A stretch of DNA of 64,000 nt from Acidobacteriota bacterium. Lineage in GTDB: Bacteria > Acidobacteriota > UBA6911 > RPQK01 > JAJDTT01. Under the pieces are notes generated by a model. The model had not been told where the DNA came from and did no database searches. It saw only the letters and a list, made by a program, of their open reading frames with translations. Positions 38,896 to 49,918 of the stretch are shown here, one piece after another (within the stretch, counting starts at the first letter, position 1; every line of letters begins with the position of its first letter). The stretch covers positions 1,952,001 through 2,016,000 of the forward strand of contig OZ253580.1 in NCBI GenBank assembly GCA_965263035.1, in the 5' to 3' direction. Both the position numbers and the translations under genes were made by a program.

Positions 38896-40521
38896 TCAAC
38901 GCCCGTTTCGGAAGCGGAACGAGAAGAGCTTGGCCTGCTTCAGATGGAATCGCAGTTTCACCGGTTTTCCGGCCAGGCGGCCCACATTGTTCGTGCCCTT
39001 CCAGGTCACGGCATGGCGGATGGCGTCTCCCTGGAAGGCGTCGCAGTCTTCCCTGGCGTAGCCGGGTATCGCCCGTCCCGTCTCGGGATCGAGGATTTCG
39101 GCGGCGACTTCGCCCTGGGGACCGGCCGTATTGGCATTGATCTCCAGCCGGTCTCCATCGAAGACCAGCGGCTTGGTCGTCATCGATCCTTCACCCGCGG
39201 TGAGTGAGACGAAACCGTCCAGCCGCAGCGTGGCCAGCGACACCGAGCTCTCCTGATTTCCGCCCCGCCGGACGGCCCAGTGTCCCCGCTCGAATCCCAC
39301 GTAGTAGATCCAGATCTCGCCCAGATCCTCCCGCACCACCGGCTGCTGGGCCACGAAGATCATGCCGGCGTCGTAGCTCCCCTCGGGTCCGTTGGGGATG
39401 AAGGTGCGCCGGTCCCCCACCCGCTGCCAGTTCCTGCCGTCGCGGCTGAAGGCCAGCTGGATGTCGATACGATCCAGCCAGGGATTGCGGGCGTTGCCCC
39501 GGACCGGCGGGACCTCGGGCTCCATTCCGGGACAGACGTGATAGGGGGTGAGGAAGCCGACGTAGACACCTTCGTACTGGAGGATCTCGAAGGTATAGAA
39601 ACCCGCGGTGCAGGGTCCGTCCTCGGCGTCGGGCGGAACCAGGATGTATTTCCGGTTCACTTCCACCGGGTCGCGCATGTCCTTGGGGGCGTCCCAATGG
39701 ATGAAGTCGGGACTGGTGGCGATTCCGGGAGTCCGGACGTTCCCTTTTCTGTTCTTGAAGTGAAACCTGGGATCGTCGGCGAAGAGGGGAGGCTTGAGCC
39801 GGATGTGGGCGACGTAGCGATTTCGTTCCCCATCCCAGAACACCGCCTGGTGGGTGTCGTTGTTCAGATAGACCGGATTCACTTCGGGATACGGGTAGTC
39901 CTTCCAGCGGATGCCGTCGGCCGAATACGCGGCCCAGACGCCGCTCTTGGGCTGGCGCCGGTTGTAGAGCATCTTGTAGCGCTTCTCCGGGTCGGTTTCG
40001 TGAAGATCCTTGAAGACTCCGGGCGCACCCAACCGGTGGGCGTTGCCAAAGACGAAATTGTGGCCTCGGGCCGCCTCTTTGCGGCAATAGGCCGACTTGT
40101 AGTCGAACTGTCCCACCGCCGGCTTCTCCCAGCGGAGGCCGTCCTCGGAGACGTAGTAGCCGAGCAGGCTGGTGGACCAGTCGTAGTTGACCGCCTGGTT
40201 CCACATCTTGAAGCGGTGGTCCTCGCCGTCGTAGACGAGGTTGGGAGAGTTGGCGAAGTGCATGTCCGCCTCCCAGCACTGGTCCATCTCGATCACCGGA
40301 TTCCCGGCATACTTGAGCGGCTGGTTCAGCAGCTTGAAGACGGTGCCGTCCAGCGACTCGATGACGTAGTCGTCGATGAAGAGCTGCTTGCCGGTGCCGA
40401 TCTCCAGCACCGCGGCGCGAATCGGCGGCGCCGACGAGAGCGCCAGGATCAGGGCCAGACCGAGGGCGCCTGCGGCATGGGTTGCTCCAACCCGTTGATG
40501 GGACGTCTTCCTGCGATCCAT
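38896..40521 (-). CDS. Secreted beta-propeller glycoside hydrolase-like protein, subfamily C
   Basis: KQLFIDD, KYAGNPV, DIQLAFSRDG, LRLDGFVSL; close paralog of 56999. Confidence 0.75.
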   Translation of the reverse strand: MDRRKTSHQRVGATHAAGALGLALILALSSAPPIRAAVLEIGTGKQLFIDDYVIESLDGTVFKLLNQPLKYAGNPVIEMDQCWEADMHFANSPNLVYDGEDHRFKMWNQAVNYDWSTSLLGYYVSEDGLRWEKPAVGQFDYKSAYCRKEAARGHNFVFGNAHRLGAPGVFKDLHETDPEKRYKMLYNRRQPKSGVWAAYSADGIRWKDYPYPEVNPVYLNNDTHQAVFWDGERNRYVAHIRLKPPLFADDPRFHFKNRKGNVRTPGIATSPDFIHWDAPKDMRDPVEVNRKYILVPPDAEDGPCTAGFYTFEILQYEGVYVGFLTPYHVCPGMEPEVPPVRGNARNPWLDRIDIQLAFSRDGRNWQRVGDRRTFIPNGPEGSYDAGMIFVAQQPVVREDLGEIWIYYVGFERGHWAVRRGGNQESSVSLATLRLDGFVSLTAGEGSMTTKPLVFDGDRLEINANTAGPQGEVAAEILDPETGRAIPGYAREDCDAFQGDAIRHAVTWKGTNNVGRLAGKPVKLRFHLKQAKLFSFRFRNGR

Positions 40522-40633
40522 GTTGCCTCCGTTTGCTGCTCGGGCGTGGCGAGGGGAACTCAGAGTTGGTACAAGAATAGCTCATTTTGGTTCCAGCCCA
40601 TGATGGGCTGCTCCTCGAAACGGAGGATGACGG

Positions 40634-42109
40634 ATGAAAGCAGGAACGATCGCCGCGTGTTTCGTCTCCGTGGCCCTCGCCGCAGTTGCCGAGCCCTCCC
40701 CCAAGGCACAGCCCGAATCCGTGGCCCTCGGCTCCCGGCTGGAGCTGTTCGTGGACGGCCACCTGATCGAGTCGCTGAAGGGAGCGCGGCTGAAGCTTCA
40801 TCCACCGCGGCCCGCGGAGCGGGTGCTCTTCTTCAACCGGGAGTGGGAAGGGGGAAACAGCGGCTACGTCACCGTATTCCAGGACGGCGGCCGTTACCGC
40901 ATGTACTATCGGGGCGCCAGCTCGACGGGATACGCAGTCCCATCCCTGTCGACAGAAGGAGAAACGGCGGTTCCGGAGCACCCCCAGGTAGCCTGCACCG
41001 CCGAGAGTCCTGACGGGATCACCTGGAGCAGGCCTTCGCTTGGCCTCTTCGAGTTCAACGGCTCAAAGGACAACAACATCGTCTGGACCGGCTCCGGCGG
41101 GCACAACTTCTCCCCCTTCAAGGACACGAATCCCGATGCGACTCCCGAGCAGCGCTACAAGGCCGTGGGGAGTGGCCGGGTCGACGGAAAACCAGTCCTG
41201 CTGGGTTACGTCTCTCCGGATGGCATCCGCTGGAAGAGGCTGCGGGAGGAGCCTATTCTCAGCGACGGGAAGTTCGACTCGCTGAACGTCGCCTTCTGGG
41301 ACTCGGTGCGGAACCGGTACGCCGCCTTTTACCGGGACTTCCGCCACGGCGTGCGGACCATCAAGCACGCCACCTCACCAAACTTCCTGGATTGGACTTC
41401 CGGGCAGTGGGCCGACTTCCGGGATACTCCTCCGGAGCACCTCTACACCAATGGGACCGTCGCCTACTTTCGTGCCCCACACCTCTTCCTGGCGCTGCCC
41501 CGGCGCTTTCTCCCCTGGCGCCGACTTTATTCGGACGCCCCGGTGGCGGGCGCGTCCGACGGGGTCTTCATGAGCAGCCGCGACGGGGTCCACTGGGACC
41601 GGCGCTTCCTGGAGTCGTTCATCCGGCCGGGTCGCGACCCCCGCAACTGGCCTCAGCGGACCAACACGCCGGCGCGGGGCATCGTCGCTACAGCCGAAGA
41701 TGAGATCTCCCTCTACGTCGAACGGCACCGGTCGTCGCCCACCAACCACCTGCAGCGGCTGGTGTTGCGCACCGACGGGTTCGTCTCGGTCCATGCCGGC
41801 TACTCCGGCGGCGAGATGATCACCAGGCCGCTCGTCTTCCAGGGCGCCAACCTGGTGCTCAACTTCTCCACCTCGGCCGCCGGCAGCATCCGGATCGAGA
41901 TTCAGGACGCCCGCGGCCACCCATTACCTGGGTTCTCCCTGGAGGAGTCGCCGCTGATCTGGGGGGACGAGATCGAGCACGTGGTCCGGTGGGAGCGAAC
42001 TCATCCCCAGGCGACCTCGGAAAAGCCTCTGGCCCGTCTCGCCGGGAAGCCGGTGCGGCTGCGCCTCGTGATGAAGGACGCGGATCTTTACTCCCTGAGA
42101 TTCCGATAG
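40634..42109 (+). CDS. Secreted beta-propeller glycoside hydrolase-like protein, subfamily A
   Basis: LELFVD, ESPDGITWSRPSLG, FDSLNVAFWD, LRTDGFVSV. Confidence 0.75.
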   Translation: MKAGTIAACFVSVALAAVAEPSPKAQPESVALGSRLELFVDGHLIESLKGARLKLHPPRPAERVLFFNREWEGGNSGYVTVFQDGGRYRMYYRGASSTGYAVPSLSTEGETAVPEHPQVACTAESPDGITWSRPSLGLFEFNGSKDNNIVWTGSGGHNFSPFKDTNPDATPEQRYKAVGSGRVDGKPVLLGYVSPDGIRWKRLREEPILSDGKFDSLNVAFWDSVRNRYAAFYRDFRHGVRTIKHATSPNFLDWTSGQWADFRDTPPEHLYTNGTVAYFRAPHLFLALPRRFLPWRRLYSDAPVAGASDGVFMSSRDGVHWDRRFLESFIRPGRDPRNWPQRTNTPARGIVATAEDEISLYVERHRSSPTNHLQRLVLRTDGFVSVHAGYSGGEMITRPLVFQGANLVLNFSTSAAGSIRIEIQDARGHPLPGFSLEESPLIWGDEIEHVVRWERTHPQATSEKPLARLAGKPVRLRLVMKDADLYSLRFR

Positions 42110-42161
42110 CGGGCCGCGCAGCGGCGCTCCGGCCTCCGCCCGGACTGAAAGGTTCACGTTA

Positions 42162-43016
42162 ATGGACATCAACTTCATTCCCCATCCCCTGCAGGGTACG
42201 CCCTACGGCGAAGCGCTCGACCTGGCAATCGTTTTCGCCATCGCCTGCTGGCTCTTGTCGGTCATCACCCGTGAATACTCCTGGGTGGACCGCATCTGGT
42301 CCATCTGTCCCGCCATCTATTGCCTGATCGTGGCCGCCGACTCGGATTTCAGTTCGACGCGGCTCAACGTCATGACCCTCCTGGTGGTGGCGTGGAGCGT
42401 TCGATTGACCTTCAATTTCGCGCGCAGAGGCGGTTACCGGGCCGGCAGTGAAGACTATCGCTGGCAAGTCGTGCAAGAAAGACTCGGCCCGGTCAAGTTT
42501 CAATTCCTCAACATCGCCTTCGTCGCACCCGGACAGATGTTCGTGATTTGGTTATTCACATCTCCCGTGCACCAGGCATGGTCGGGACACAATCAAACAT
42601 TAAATTATGTTGATATTATTGCAATTATTCTATTTGTGGTCTTTTTAGCGGTAGAGACGATAAATGACGAACGGATGTGGACGTTTCAACAAGACAAGAA
42701 GCGTAAACTCAAGGCCGGCGAGCCCGTAACGCAACCTTTTATCACGAGCGGGTTCTTCAAATATTGTCGCCACCCCAGTTATATATGTGAAATGGGCATG
42801 TGGACCGTATTTTATTTATTCGGGATCGCGGCGACGGATCAATGGATCCATTGGTCCGGACTTGGATTTATTTTTTTTATGTTTATAATTTCCGGATCGA
42901 CAAGATTGGGCGAATCCATATCTGCAGATCGATACCCTTCTTATCGAGACTATCAAGCCTCGACACCTCGATTCATTCCATTTACTCGCATAGGATGCAT
43001 TAAACGTGACAACTAG
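42162..43016 (+). CDS. DUF1295 / steroid 5-alpha-reductase-like membrane protein
   Basis: YSWVDRIWS, EDYRW, GFFKYCRHPSY.CE, YPSYRDYQ. Confidence 0.85.
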   Translation: MDINFIPHPLQGTPYGEALDLAIVFAIACWLLSVITREYSWVDRIWSICPAIYCLIVAADSDFSSTRLNVMTLLVVAWSVRLTFNFARRGGYRAGSEDYRWQVVQERLGPVKFQFLNIAFVAPGQMFVIWLFTSPVHQAWSGHNQTLNYVDIIAIILFVVFLAVETINDERMWTFQQDKKRKLKAGEPVTQPFITSGFFKYCRHPSYICEMGMWTVFYLFGIAATDQWIHWSGLGFIFFMFIISGSTRLGESISADRYPSYRDYQASTPRFIPFTRIGCIKRDN

Positions 43017-44781
43017 CCCGGATATCTCATCAGAAAGATTGATAAAGGCCGAGTTTTCTGCTATAAGTGTTGTGTAATCAATAACTTACAAAGCAGAAGG
43101 GACGCGACCTTATGACCGCAGAGTGTACCAGAACAAAGCTCAGATTTCAGGGCCTGGACGGACGGGACGTCGTGGGCCGGTTCGACGGCGGCGAGATCAC
43201 CTCCGACGCCGGTGGCGTGCTCCTGCGCGAAGTGGAGCAGCGGACCCGGATTCTGGGTCGTCTGAGCGAATGCTTCACCGACTATCGAGACCCGGATCGA
43301 GTCGAACACCCGGTGGAGGCGTTGATCAAACAGCGGGTGCTGGGGCTGTGCCTGGGCTACGAGGACCTCAACGACCACGACGAGTTGTGCCGGGACCGGC
43401 TCCTGGCGCTACTGTGCGACCGGGACGACCTGACGGGGGAGTTCCGGCGCGTGGAGTCGGATCGAGGCAAACCGCTGGCAGGCAAGAGCACCCTGAACCG
43501 ACTGGAGCGGACTCCGTTGGAGGGACCGGAGGGCGCGTACAAGAAGATCGTGGCCGACCCGGCGGGGATGGACGAGCTGCTGCTGGAGGTGTTTGTGGAA
43601 GCGCATCCGGAGCCCCCGGAGGAGGTGATCCTGGATGTAGACGCCACGGACGATCCGCTGCATGGGAAGCAGGAGGGACGGTTCTTCCACGGCTATTACA
43701 AACGCTACTGCTACCTGCCGCTGTACGTCTTCTGTGGGGAACATCTGTTGTGTGCGCGGCTGCGCACGGCGGATCGAGGCGCGGCCCACGGGGTGGTGGC
43801 GGAGTTGGAACCAATCGTGAGGCGGCTGCGTGAAGCGTGGCCCCAGGTCCGGATCCTGGTCCGCGGGGACAGTGGATTCTCCAACGACGAGTTGATGGTC
43901 TGGTGCGAGAAGGAAGGGATCGATTACGTCCTGGGGTTGGCGCAGAACGATCGGCTGAAGCGGAGGATCGCGACCCGGATGGAGACCGTCCGGCAGTTGC
44001 AGCGGGCGATCGGGAAGGCGGTGCGGCAGTTCCAGGAACTACGCTACCAGACGCGGGACACGTGGTCGTGCGAGCGTCGGGTGGTGGCGAAGGTGGAGCA
44101 CCTGCCCCGGGGAAAGAACCCGCGATTCATCGTGACTTCGGTCCCGGTCCAGGAATGCGATGGGCGCAGATTGTACGAGGAGGTCTACTGCGCGCGGGGA
44201 GACATGGAGAATCGGATAAAGGAACAGCAGCTGGGTCTGTTTGCGGACCGCACGTCGACCCGGAAGCTGGCGGGGAATCAACTGCGGTTGTATTTCTCGG
44301 CGTTCGCCTACGTGATGATGGAGACGTTGCGACGGGTGGGACTGGCGGGGACGAAGCTGGCGCGGGCGCAGAGCTGGACCCTGCGGGTGAGATTGCTGAA
44401 GATCGGGGCACAGGTCCGAATCACCAGCCGCAAGGTCTGGTTGTCCTTTTCCGAGAGCTATCCGTATGCGGCGCTGTTGAGGACGGCTCTGACGCAAGTG
44501 CAAGCCCTCCCGCTTCGCTGTTAGCAACGGATGGAAAGAACTCTTTGGACGATGGCGACTTGGGAGTCCCCAGGATGGACTGCGCCCCGGAGTGGGCACC
44601 GGGTCGAGAGTCGTCGCTCAGAAGCGCAGGATGGGCGTCAAAAGGCTCTGGAGAAGCGCTGCATCTGGCCGTTGGTCGGCACGTTCGAGCACGAAAACTG
44701 CCTCTTGAACTCGTATGGATAAAGAATCACCCAGACGACGGTTCAACTTCCGTTTATTGTTCTACTGATGAGAAATGCAGG
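43017..44781 (+). mobile_element. IS1380-family element (second type)
   Basis: TIRs CCCGGATATCTCATCAG/CTGATGAGAAATGCAGG; CTAG duplication at the stop codon of the upstream gene. Confidence 0.9.
43112..44524 (+). CDS. IS1380-family transposase
   Basis: FDGGEITSDAG, LAGKSTLNRLE, ILDVDATDDPLHG, VRGDSGF, YCARGDMENRIKEQQ. Confidence 0.95.
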   Translation: MTAECTRTKLRFQGLDGRDVVGRFDGGEITSDAGGVLLREVEQRTRILGRLSECFTDYRDPDRVEHPVEALIKQRVLGLCLGYEDLNDHDELCRDRLLALLCDRDDLTGEFRRVESDRGKPLAGKSTLNRLERTPLEGPEGAYKKIVADPAGMDELLLEVFVEAHPEPPEEVILDVDATDDPLHGKQEGRFFHGYYKRYCYLPLYVFCGEHLLCARLRTADRGAAHGVVAELEPIVRRLREAWPQVRILVRGDSGFSNDELMVWCEKEGIDYVLGLAQNDRLKRRIATRMETVRQLQRAIGKAVRQFQELRYQTRDTWSCERRVVAKVEHLPRGKNPRFIVTSVPVQECDGRRLYEEVYCARGDMENRIKEQQLGLFADRTSTRKLAGNQLRLYFSAFAYVMMETLRRVGLAGTKLARAQSWTLRVRLLKIGAQVRITSRKVWLSFSESYPYAALLRTALTQVQALPLRC

Positions 44782-44858
44782 CTAGAGGACGCCGGTGCTG
44801 GGATTGCCGAAGGCTCGATTCCACTTCCCGGCACGATAGCACTTCCATTTCCCACGGA

Positions 44859-46556
44859 ATGACCCGCGCTCGCCGGGCAGTTCGATTCGCCTGGGTAACG
44901 ACCCTGCTGCTGGTCTGTCCGGGAACTCCGGCTTGGAGCGCCGAGCCACCCGTTCTCCTACACGCCTCGCCGCCCAGCAAGGCGGTCGTGACCCTTCCCG
45001 GGGGGGATCTCAGCATCCTCTACATGGTCTCCGGCCAACACTGCGCCTCGATCCGGTCCGGCGACGGGGGAGCGACCTGGAGCAAACCCCGGGTCGAGTT
45101 CGAGTTCAGGAAGCCCGCCGGGGTCCCGGTGGTGCTGGTGGACCAGGAGGGAGAGCTCCATGCCTTCCTGCTGGTGCGGCGGGGCGGCGGCCGGACGCCG
45201 ACCGTGGACTACTTCTACGACATCTGGCACGCCGCGACCCGAGACGGCCGGACGCGATGGTCCCGACCCCAACGGATCTTCGAAGGCTACGTGGGGGCAC
45301 TGAACGGAGTCGTGCAGCTTGAGAACGGGCGGATCGTGCTGCCCCATCAGTTCTGGGTTCCGGGTCTCCGCTCGGAGCCGCCGACAGGCTCCCATGTGGT
45401 CACCACCAGCTACACCGGCGACGGCGGCAGGAACTGGAGGCTCTCGCCTGCGCGGCTCACTTCCCCCTGCCGCAGCGATTACATCGGCAGCAATTACGGG
45501 GCGACCGAGCCGGTGGCGACCCAGCTGCGGGACGGCCGGGTCTGGATGTTGATCCGGACCCAGACCGGATTCCTCTACGAATCGTTCTCCCCGGACGGAA
45601 TCGAGTGGTCCGAGGCCCGACCCACCCGGTTTCGTTCCTCCAACTCTCCGGCCAACCTGCTGCGGCTGCCCGACGGCAGGCTGGTGGTGTTCTGGAACAA
45701 CTGCGAGAATCCGTCCCGGGTGGACGGCGAGCCCGTGTACACCACCCGCGACGCCCTGCACGTGGCCATCTCCGCTGACGAGGGCCACACCTGGGCCGGG
45801 TACCGGGAGGCCTTCCGGGACCCCAACCGCAACCAGTCCCCGCCCCGGCGAGGCGACCGCGGCACCGCCTATCCCTTTTCCACGGCGACCCGGGAGGGCC
45901 AGGTCATTCTGGCCACGGGCCAGGGGCAGGGCCGGATCGCCCTGGTGCGCATCGACCCGGAATGGATCGGGGCCGCCTCCCGGGAGGACGACTTCTCCTC
46001 CGGACTGGAGGGCTGGTCCATCTTCAAACCCTTCGGCCCCGCCGAATACTACTGGCGCGCCCGGGGCCAGGGACCGCGGCTGGTGGATCATCCGACCCGC
46101 TCCGGGGCCAAGGCGCTTCAGGTGCGGCGGCCCGACGACAGGAGCGGTGACGAGGCGGTCTGGAACTTCCCGGCTGCAAGGCGTGGCCAGGTCTCGCTTC
46201 GAATCCTGCTGCCGGAAGGCTCCGAGGGTGGAGTCATCGCTCTCGCTGACCGATTCATGCAGCCGACTGAGCCGGCGGCCGAACGGTTGGAGGTCTTCCG
46301 GCTTAATTTGGACACCGGCGGAAGGATTGAGGGTGGCCCGGTCCTCGCCAAGGGTCGCTGGCATGCCCTCCGCCTCTCCTGGGACCTGGATAACAACCGC
46401 TGTTCGGTCGCGGTTGACGGCAAGCCGGCGCTGGTCTTGCCCAGGCTGAATTACGATAGCGATCTCCTGAGCTACTTGCGGTTGCGCTCAAATGCCCCAT
46501 CACCGGGCCCGGTGGGAATGCTGATTGAGCGGGTCTTTGCGAAGAGAGAGGAGTGA
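44859..46556 (+). CDS. Sialidase-like BNR/Asp-box protein
   Basis: Signal peptide; SGDGGATWS, ATEPVATQLRDG, ISADEGHTW, GTAYP. Confidence 0.82.
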   Translation: MTRARRAVRFAWVTTLLLVCPGTPAWSAEPPVLLHASPPSKAVVTLPGGDLSILYMVSGQHCASIRSGDGGATWSKPRVEFEFRKPAGVPVVLVDQEGELHAFLLVRRGGGRTPTVDYFYDIWHAATRDGRTRWSRPQRIFEGYVGALNGVVQLENGRIVLPHQFWVPGLRSEPPTGSHVVTTSYTGDGGRNWRLSPARLTSPCRSDYIGSNYGATEPVATQLRDGRVWMLIRTQTGFLYESFSPDGIEWSEARPTRFRSSNSPANLLRLPDGRLVVFWNNCENPSRVDGEPVYTTRDALHVAISADEGHTWAGYREAFRDPNRNQSPPRRGDRGTAYPFSTATREGQVILATGQGQGRIALVRIDPEWIGAASREDDFSSGLEGWSIFKPFGPAEYYWRARGQGPRLVDHPTRSGAKALQVRRPDDRSGDEAVWNFPAARRGQVSLRILLPEGSEGGVIALADRFMQPTEPAAERLEVFRLNLDTGGRIEGGPVLAKGRWHALRLSWDLDNNRCSVAVDGKPALVLPRLNYDSDLLSYLRLRSNAPSPGPVGMLIERVFAKREE

Positions 46557-47057
46557 AGTACCGAGAACAAGGAGTTGGCGGGAGGAGCAACAGATTTGAT
46601 CGATTCGGGCGTAGGCGACTGCGCCTCTGCACTCTCCCACATCACCGGAGGCACCCTTTTCAATACGCGGCGGTTGCTCATGGCCGTATGCAGGGCCGAG
46701 TGCCGGGCGATTCACCAGCTTCCCCGACTGCTGTGGGCCACTCGGAGAAACGGGGGACGGGTGTTTCTCTCCGGCTGGTTCTCAAACCGTAACGTGTCAG
46801 GGTCGCCGACTAGGATCGACGATGCCTTGATGGAGTCTTCTGTCGAAAGGCCAAGATGGAGGCAGTCGACTAGAGAGGCTGGTGGACTGGCATCGTGCTA
46901 CGGGTTGAACTGGTTGCTTCCGTCTAGACTTGTCCGAATGTTCCCGGCCTCTTGGTTGATTTTGTTCGGAGGAACAATCTTATGAGCAGTACAGGTCACA
47001 AATGTACGCAATCGGGAATCTACTAAGCGAGCTGCATCCACAGGACACAGATCGCCC

Positions 47058-47624
47058 TTAGCCGGGGAGACACGTTTCCACCATGTCAGCGCGGGAACCA
47101 CGGTGTGTACTGGATTTTGATTCAAGCGACCTACTGAGAGACTGGAATCTTCTCCCGGATTCTGCTTCATCCAAGGCCGCGACCGCATCTGGAGAATAGC
47201 CTAGGAGCAGCCCAATTATTCGGTTTGCGTGGGGCTGGGGAGCGTTGTTCGTTACCCACTCAAACGTCTCCACAACCCAACTCTTGGCTGCGAATCCATA
47301 GTCTGTACAGGTGCCGTCCCGTCGAGGAACAACCACTGGGATCGGCTCCAGACCCTGGGCTCCATTGGTGCTAACAAGCAAGAGTTGGGTGTACAACTTG
47401 GTCAGTTCCAGCAGGTCCACTCCCGGTATTATTCCAATCAGGGCAAATGGCCGGACTCCCTTGGACACTAGATATGCTTGTTCTTGAAGCAGTTCATCCG
47501 ACGGAAGTTTGAAGTCCACAATCTCGCTTTTGAAGGGACATCCCGAGAGAAGACGTTCCTTCTGGTAATCCGTCAGGACTGGCTCCGTCACTATGAAGTT
47601 TCGACAAGGCTCAACGAACACCAA
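47058..47624 (-). CDS. Hypothetical protein (accessory island)
   Basis: Plausible globular protein, HANRIIGLLLGYSPDAV motif; family not recognised. Confidence 0.55.
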   Translation of the reverse strand: MVFVEPCRNFIVTEPVLTDYQKERLLSGCPFKSEIVDFKLPSDELLQEQAYLVSKGVRPFALIGIIPGVDLLELTKLYTQLLLVSTNGAQGLEPIPVVVPRRDGTCTDYGFAAKSWVVETFEWVTNNAPQPHANRIIGLLLGYSPDAVAALDEAESGRRFQSLSRSLESKSSTHRGSRADMVETCLPG

Positions 47625-47809
47625 AGCCAGAGGGGATTTTGTCCCATAGCCCTAACATCCCGTTTTTTTAAGAAAATGGCAAGGAGACAAACTCATGGAA
47701 GAAGAAAAACTCACTCCCAAAACCCCAGCGTAGCTGAAGGGAGAAATCGTGGGACTCCAGGCGCTGGTCAGCATACTTGTTGGCCGCCTTCAGCGGGGAG
47801 AGACGCTAG

Positions 47810-49580
47810 GAGGCTGTCCGAGAACGGGGCTGTCACCGAAGCTCCTTAAAATCAGGGCATCTGATCATCAGGAGAATGTTGGATGCCCCCGCGATTCAAA
47901 GCCTACCCGAAAGACTACTACCAGAGTCAGCTGTTTCCGGCCAACGTGTTCGACCTCTTGCCGGAGGATCACGAATGTTTCCTCTATCAGGAACTGTTCG
48001 AGCAACTGGACACGTCGGAAGTGGAGGCCCAGTACAGCGACCGGGGCCAGCGCGCCTACGCGCCGCGTCAGATCGTGTCGATCCTGATCTACGCCTACAG
48101 CCGCGGCGTGTTCAGCTCCCGGCAGATCGAGCAGCGCTGCCGGGAGGATCTGGGGTTCATGTACATCGCGGGGAGGAACTGCCCGAACTTCCGGGTGTTG
48201 AGCGATTTCCGGAAGGACCACGGGGAATTCTTCCGGTCCTGCTTCAAGCAGACGGTGCAACTGGCGATGGGGCTGGGGCTGGTGAGTTTGGGCCACGTGA
48301 GCCTGGACGGGTCCAAGTTCAAGGCGAACAGCTCGAAGCACAAGGCGATGAGTTACGGACGGCTGAAGGAGAAGGAGCAGGAATTGTGCGAGGAGATCGA
48401 AGCCTTGACCCGGCAGGCGGACCGCTGCGACGAGGAAGAGGATCGGGTCTACCAGGAGCGGACCGGGTATGAGCTGCCCGATGACCTGCGCGACAAGAAG
48501 CAGCGGTTGAAGAAGGTCCGGGAGATGAAGCAGCTGCTGGAAGCGCGGGAGCAGGAGCTTCGACCGGGTCAGGCGATCGAGGACAAGAAGCAGATCAGCT
48601 TTGCGGACCCCGAGGCGCGGATCATGAAGCAAAAAGGGGACTTCGAGTACGCGTACAACGCACAGATCAGCGTGGACGGCAAGTCGCAGGTGATCGTGGG
48701 TCAGCACGTGAGCCAGCAGGCGAACGATTCCCAGGAAGTGGCTCCAGCCTTGGATGAGGTGGAGGAGACGAGCGGTCGGTTGCCGGAGAAGCTGAGTTTG
48801 GACAACGGGTACTACTCGGGGAAGAACCTGCAGGAGACGTCGGATCGGAAGGTGGAAGCCTACATCGCGACGGACCGGGGAGAGAAGCGGGGGAAGGGGG
48901 ACCTGGACGCGAGCAAGCGTTACTTGGTGAAAGCGGACTTTCGTTACGACGAGGAGCAGGACGGCTTTCATTGTCCCGGTGGCCAACTGCTGAGGTTGAA
49001 GACCACCCGCGGCACGGGACAGCGGGTGTATCAGGGGGACATCGATGAGTGCCGATCCTGTGCCTACTATCGTCGTTGCTGCCGGTCGAAGTCAGGGGCG
49101 GCGCGCACGATCACGAGCGACGGGAAGGAGCCGTTGCGACGGGCGATGAACGAGCGGATGTCGAAACCGGAGAGCCAGGCGATCTACGCGCGTCGCAAGA
49201 CGATCGTGGAGCCGGTGTTCGGGCAGATCAAGAACTCGGGATTTCGGGGATTCGGGCTGCGGGGCAAGGCGAAAGTGGCGGGGGAGTTCTCGCTGGTCTG
49301 CGTGGCACACAATCTCAAAAAGATCATGCTTGCGGCTCTGCGGGGAGAGGTGTGTCCGGAGTTCGGGAAGCGAGCGGCCTGGGCGTAAGAAAGGGGCGGA
49401 TAAGGGCGGATGAAGTCAAAAATCGGCCTCTGTAGCCTCTTTTCGCGTCGGAATTAGAGCAATCCATCGGTTCCCTCGGCTTCGGAGGCCAGGATTCGAG
49501 GGTCTTCGGAGCCTTGGACCATTGCCCCTGAGCATGGTTATGGGTGAAGGTCGCTCAATGCCGAATTCTCGGACAGGCTC
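47810..49580 (+). mobile_element. IS1182-family element, complete
   Basis: TIRs GAGGCTGTCCGAGAA/TTCTCGGACAGGCTC, CTAG duplication. Confidence 0.93.
47883..49388 (+). CDS. IS1182-family transposase
   Basis: LIYAYSRGVFSSRQIE, SLDGSKFKAN, DPEARIM, LDNGYYS, RKTIVEPVFGQIK. Confidence 0.95.
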   Translation: MPPRFKAYPKDYYQSQLFPANVFDLLPEDHECFLYQELFEQLDTSEVEAQYSDRGQRAYAPRQIVSILIYAYSRGVFSSRQIEQRCREDLGFMYIAGRNCPNFRVLSDFRKDHGEFFRSCFKQTVQLAMGLGLVSLGHVSLDGSKFKANSSKHKAMSYGRLKEKEQELCEEIEALTRQADRCDEEEDRVYQERTGYELPDDLRDKKQRLKKVREMKQLLEAREQELRPGQAIEDKKQISFADPEARIMKQKGDFEYAYNAQISVDGKSQVIVGQHVSQQANDSQEVAPALDEVEETSGRLPEKLSLDNGYYSGKNLQETSDRKVEAYIATDRGEKRGKGDLDASKRYLVKADFRYDEEQDGFHCPGGQLLRLKTTRGTGQRVYQGDIDECRSCAYYRRCCRSKSGAARTITSDGKEPLRRAMNERMSKPESQAIYARRKTIVEPVFGQIKNSGFRGFGLRGKAKVAGEFSLVCVAHNLKKIMLAALRGEVCPEFGKRAAWA

Positions 49581-49918
49581 CTAGAAGGAAAAATCCTTGA
49601 GAAACTGAGATCGGACATGTCGACGGTTATCGGGACCCTGGCACTGGTCGTTCAGCCCGGCGCGACAGAAACCGACTTCGCCCAAGGCTTTCACAATTCA
49701 TTCGAGATGGTACTTGAAAAGATGACTCCCTCTGGATGGGGTCAGGAGTAATCAAGAACGGTGGAGATCCCGACCTGCGCCACATGCTAGAATGAATTCC
49801 CCCGGCACGGCTTTGCAAGGCGTAGTATGCCTTGGCTAGGCAAGGTCCGGCACGGAATCTCCTTCCCCTCTCCTCTCTGACTCATGAGACGATCTAAGAG
49901 GGGGGGAGGCTAGGGTCT

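Noticed and set aside
46575-46930. Possible transposase remnants (IS1182- or IS1595-like C-termini)
   Set aside because: Similarity is too weak and fragmented to support without a search.
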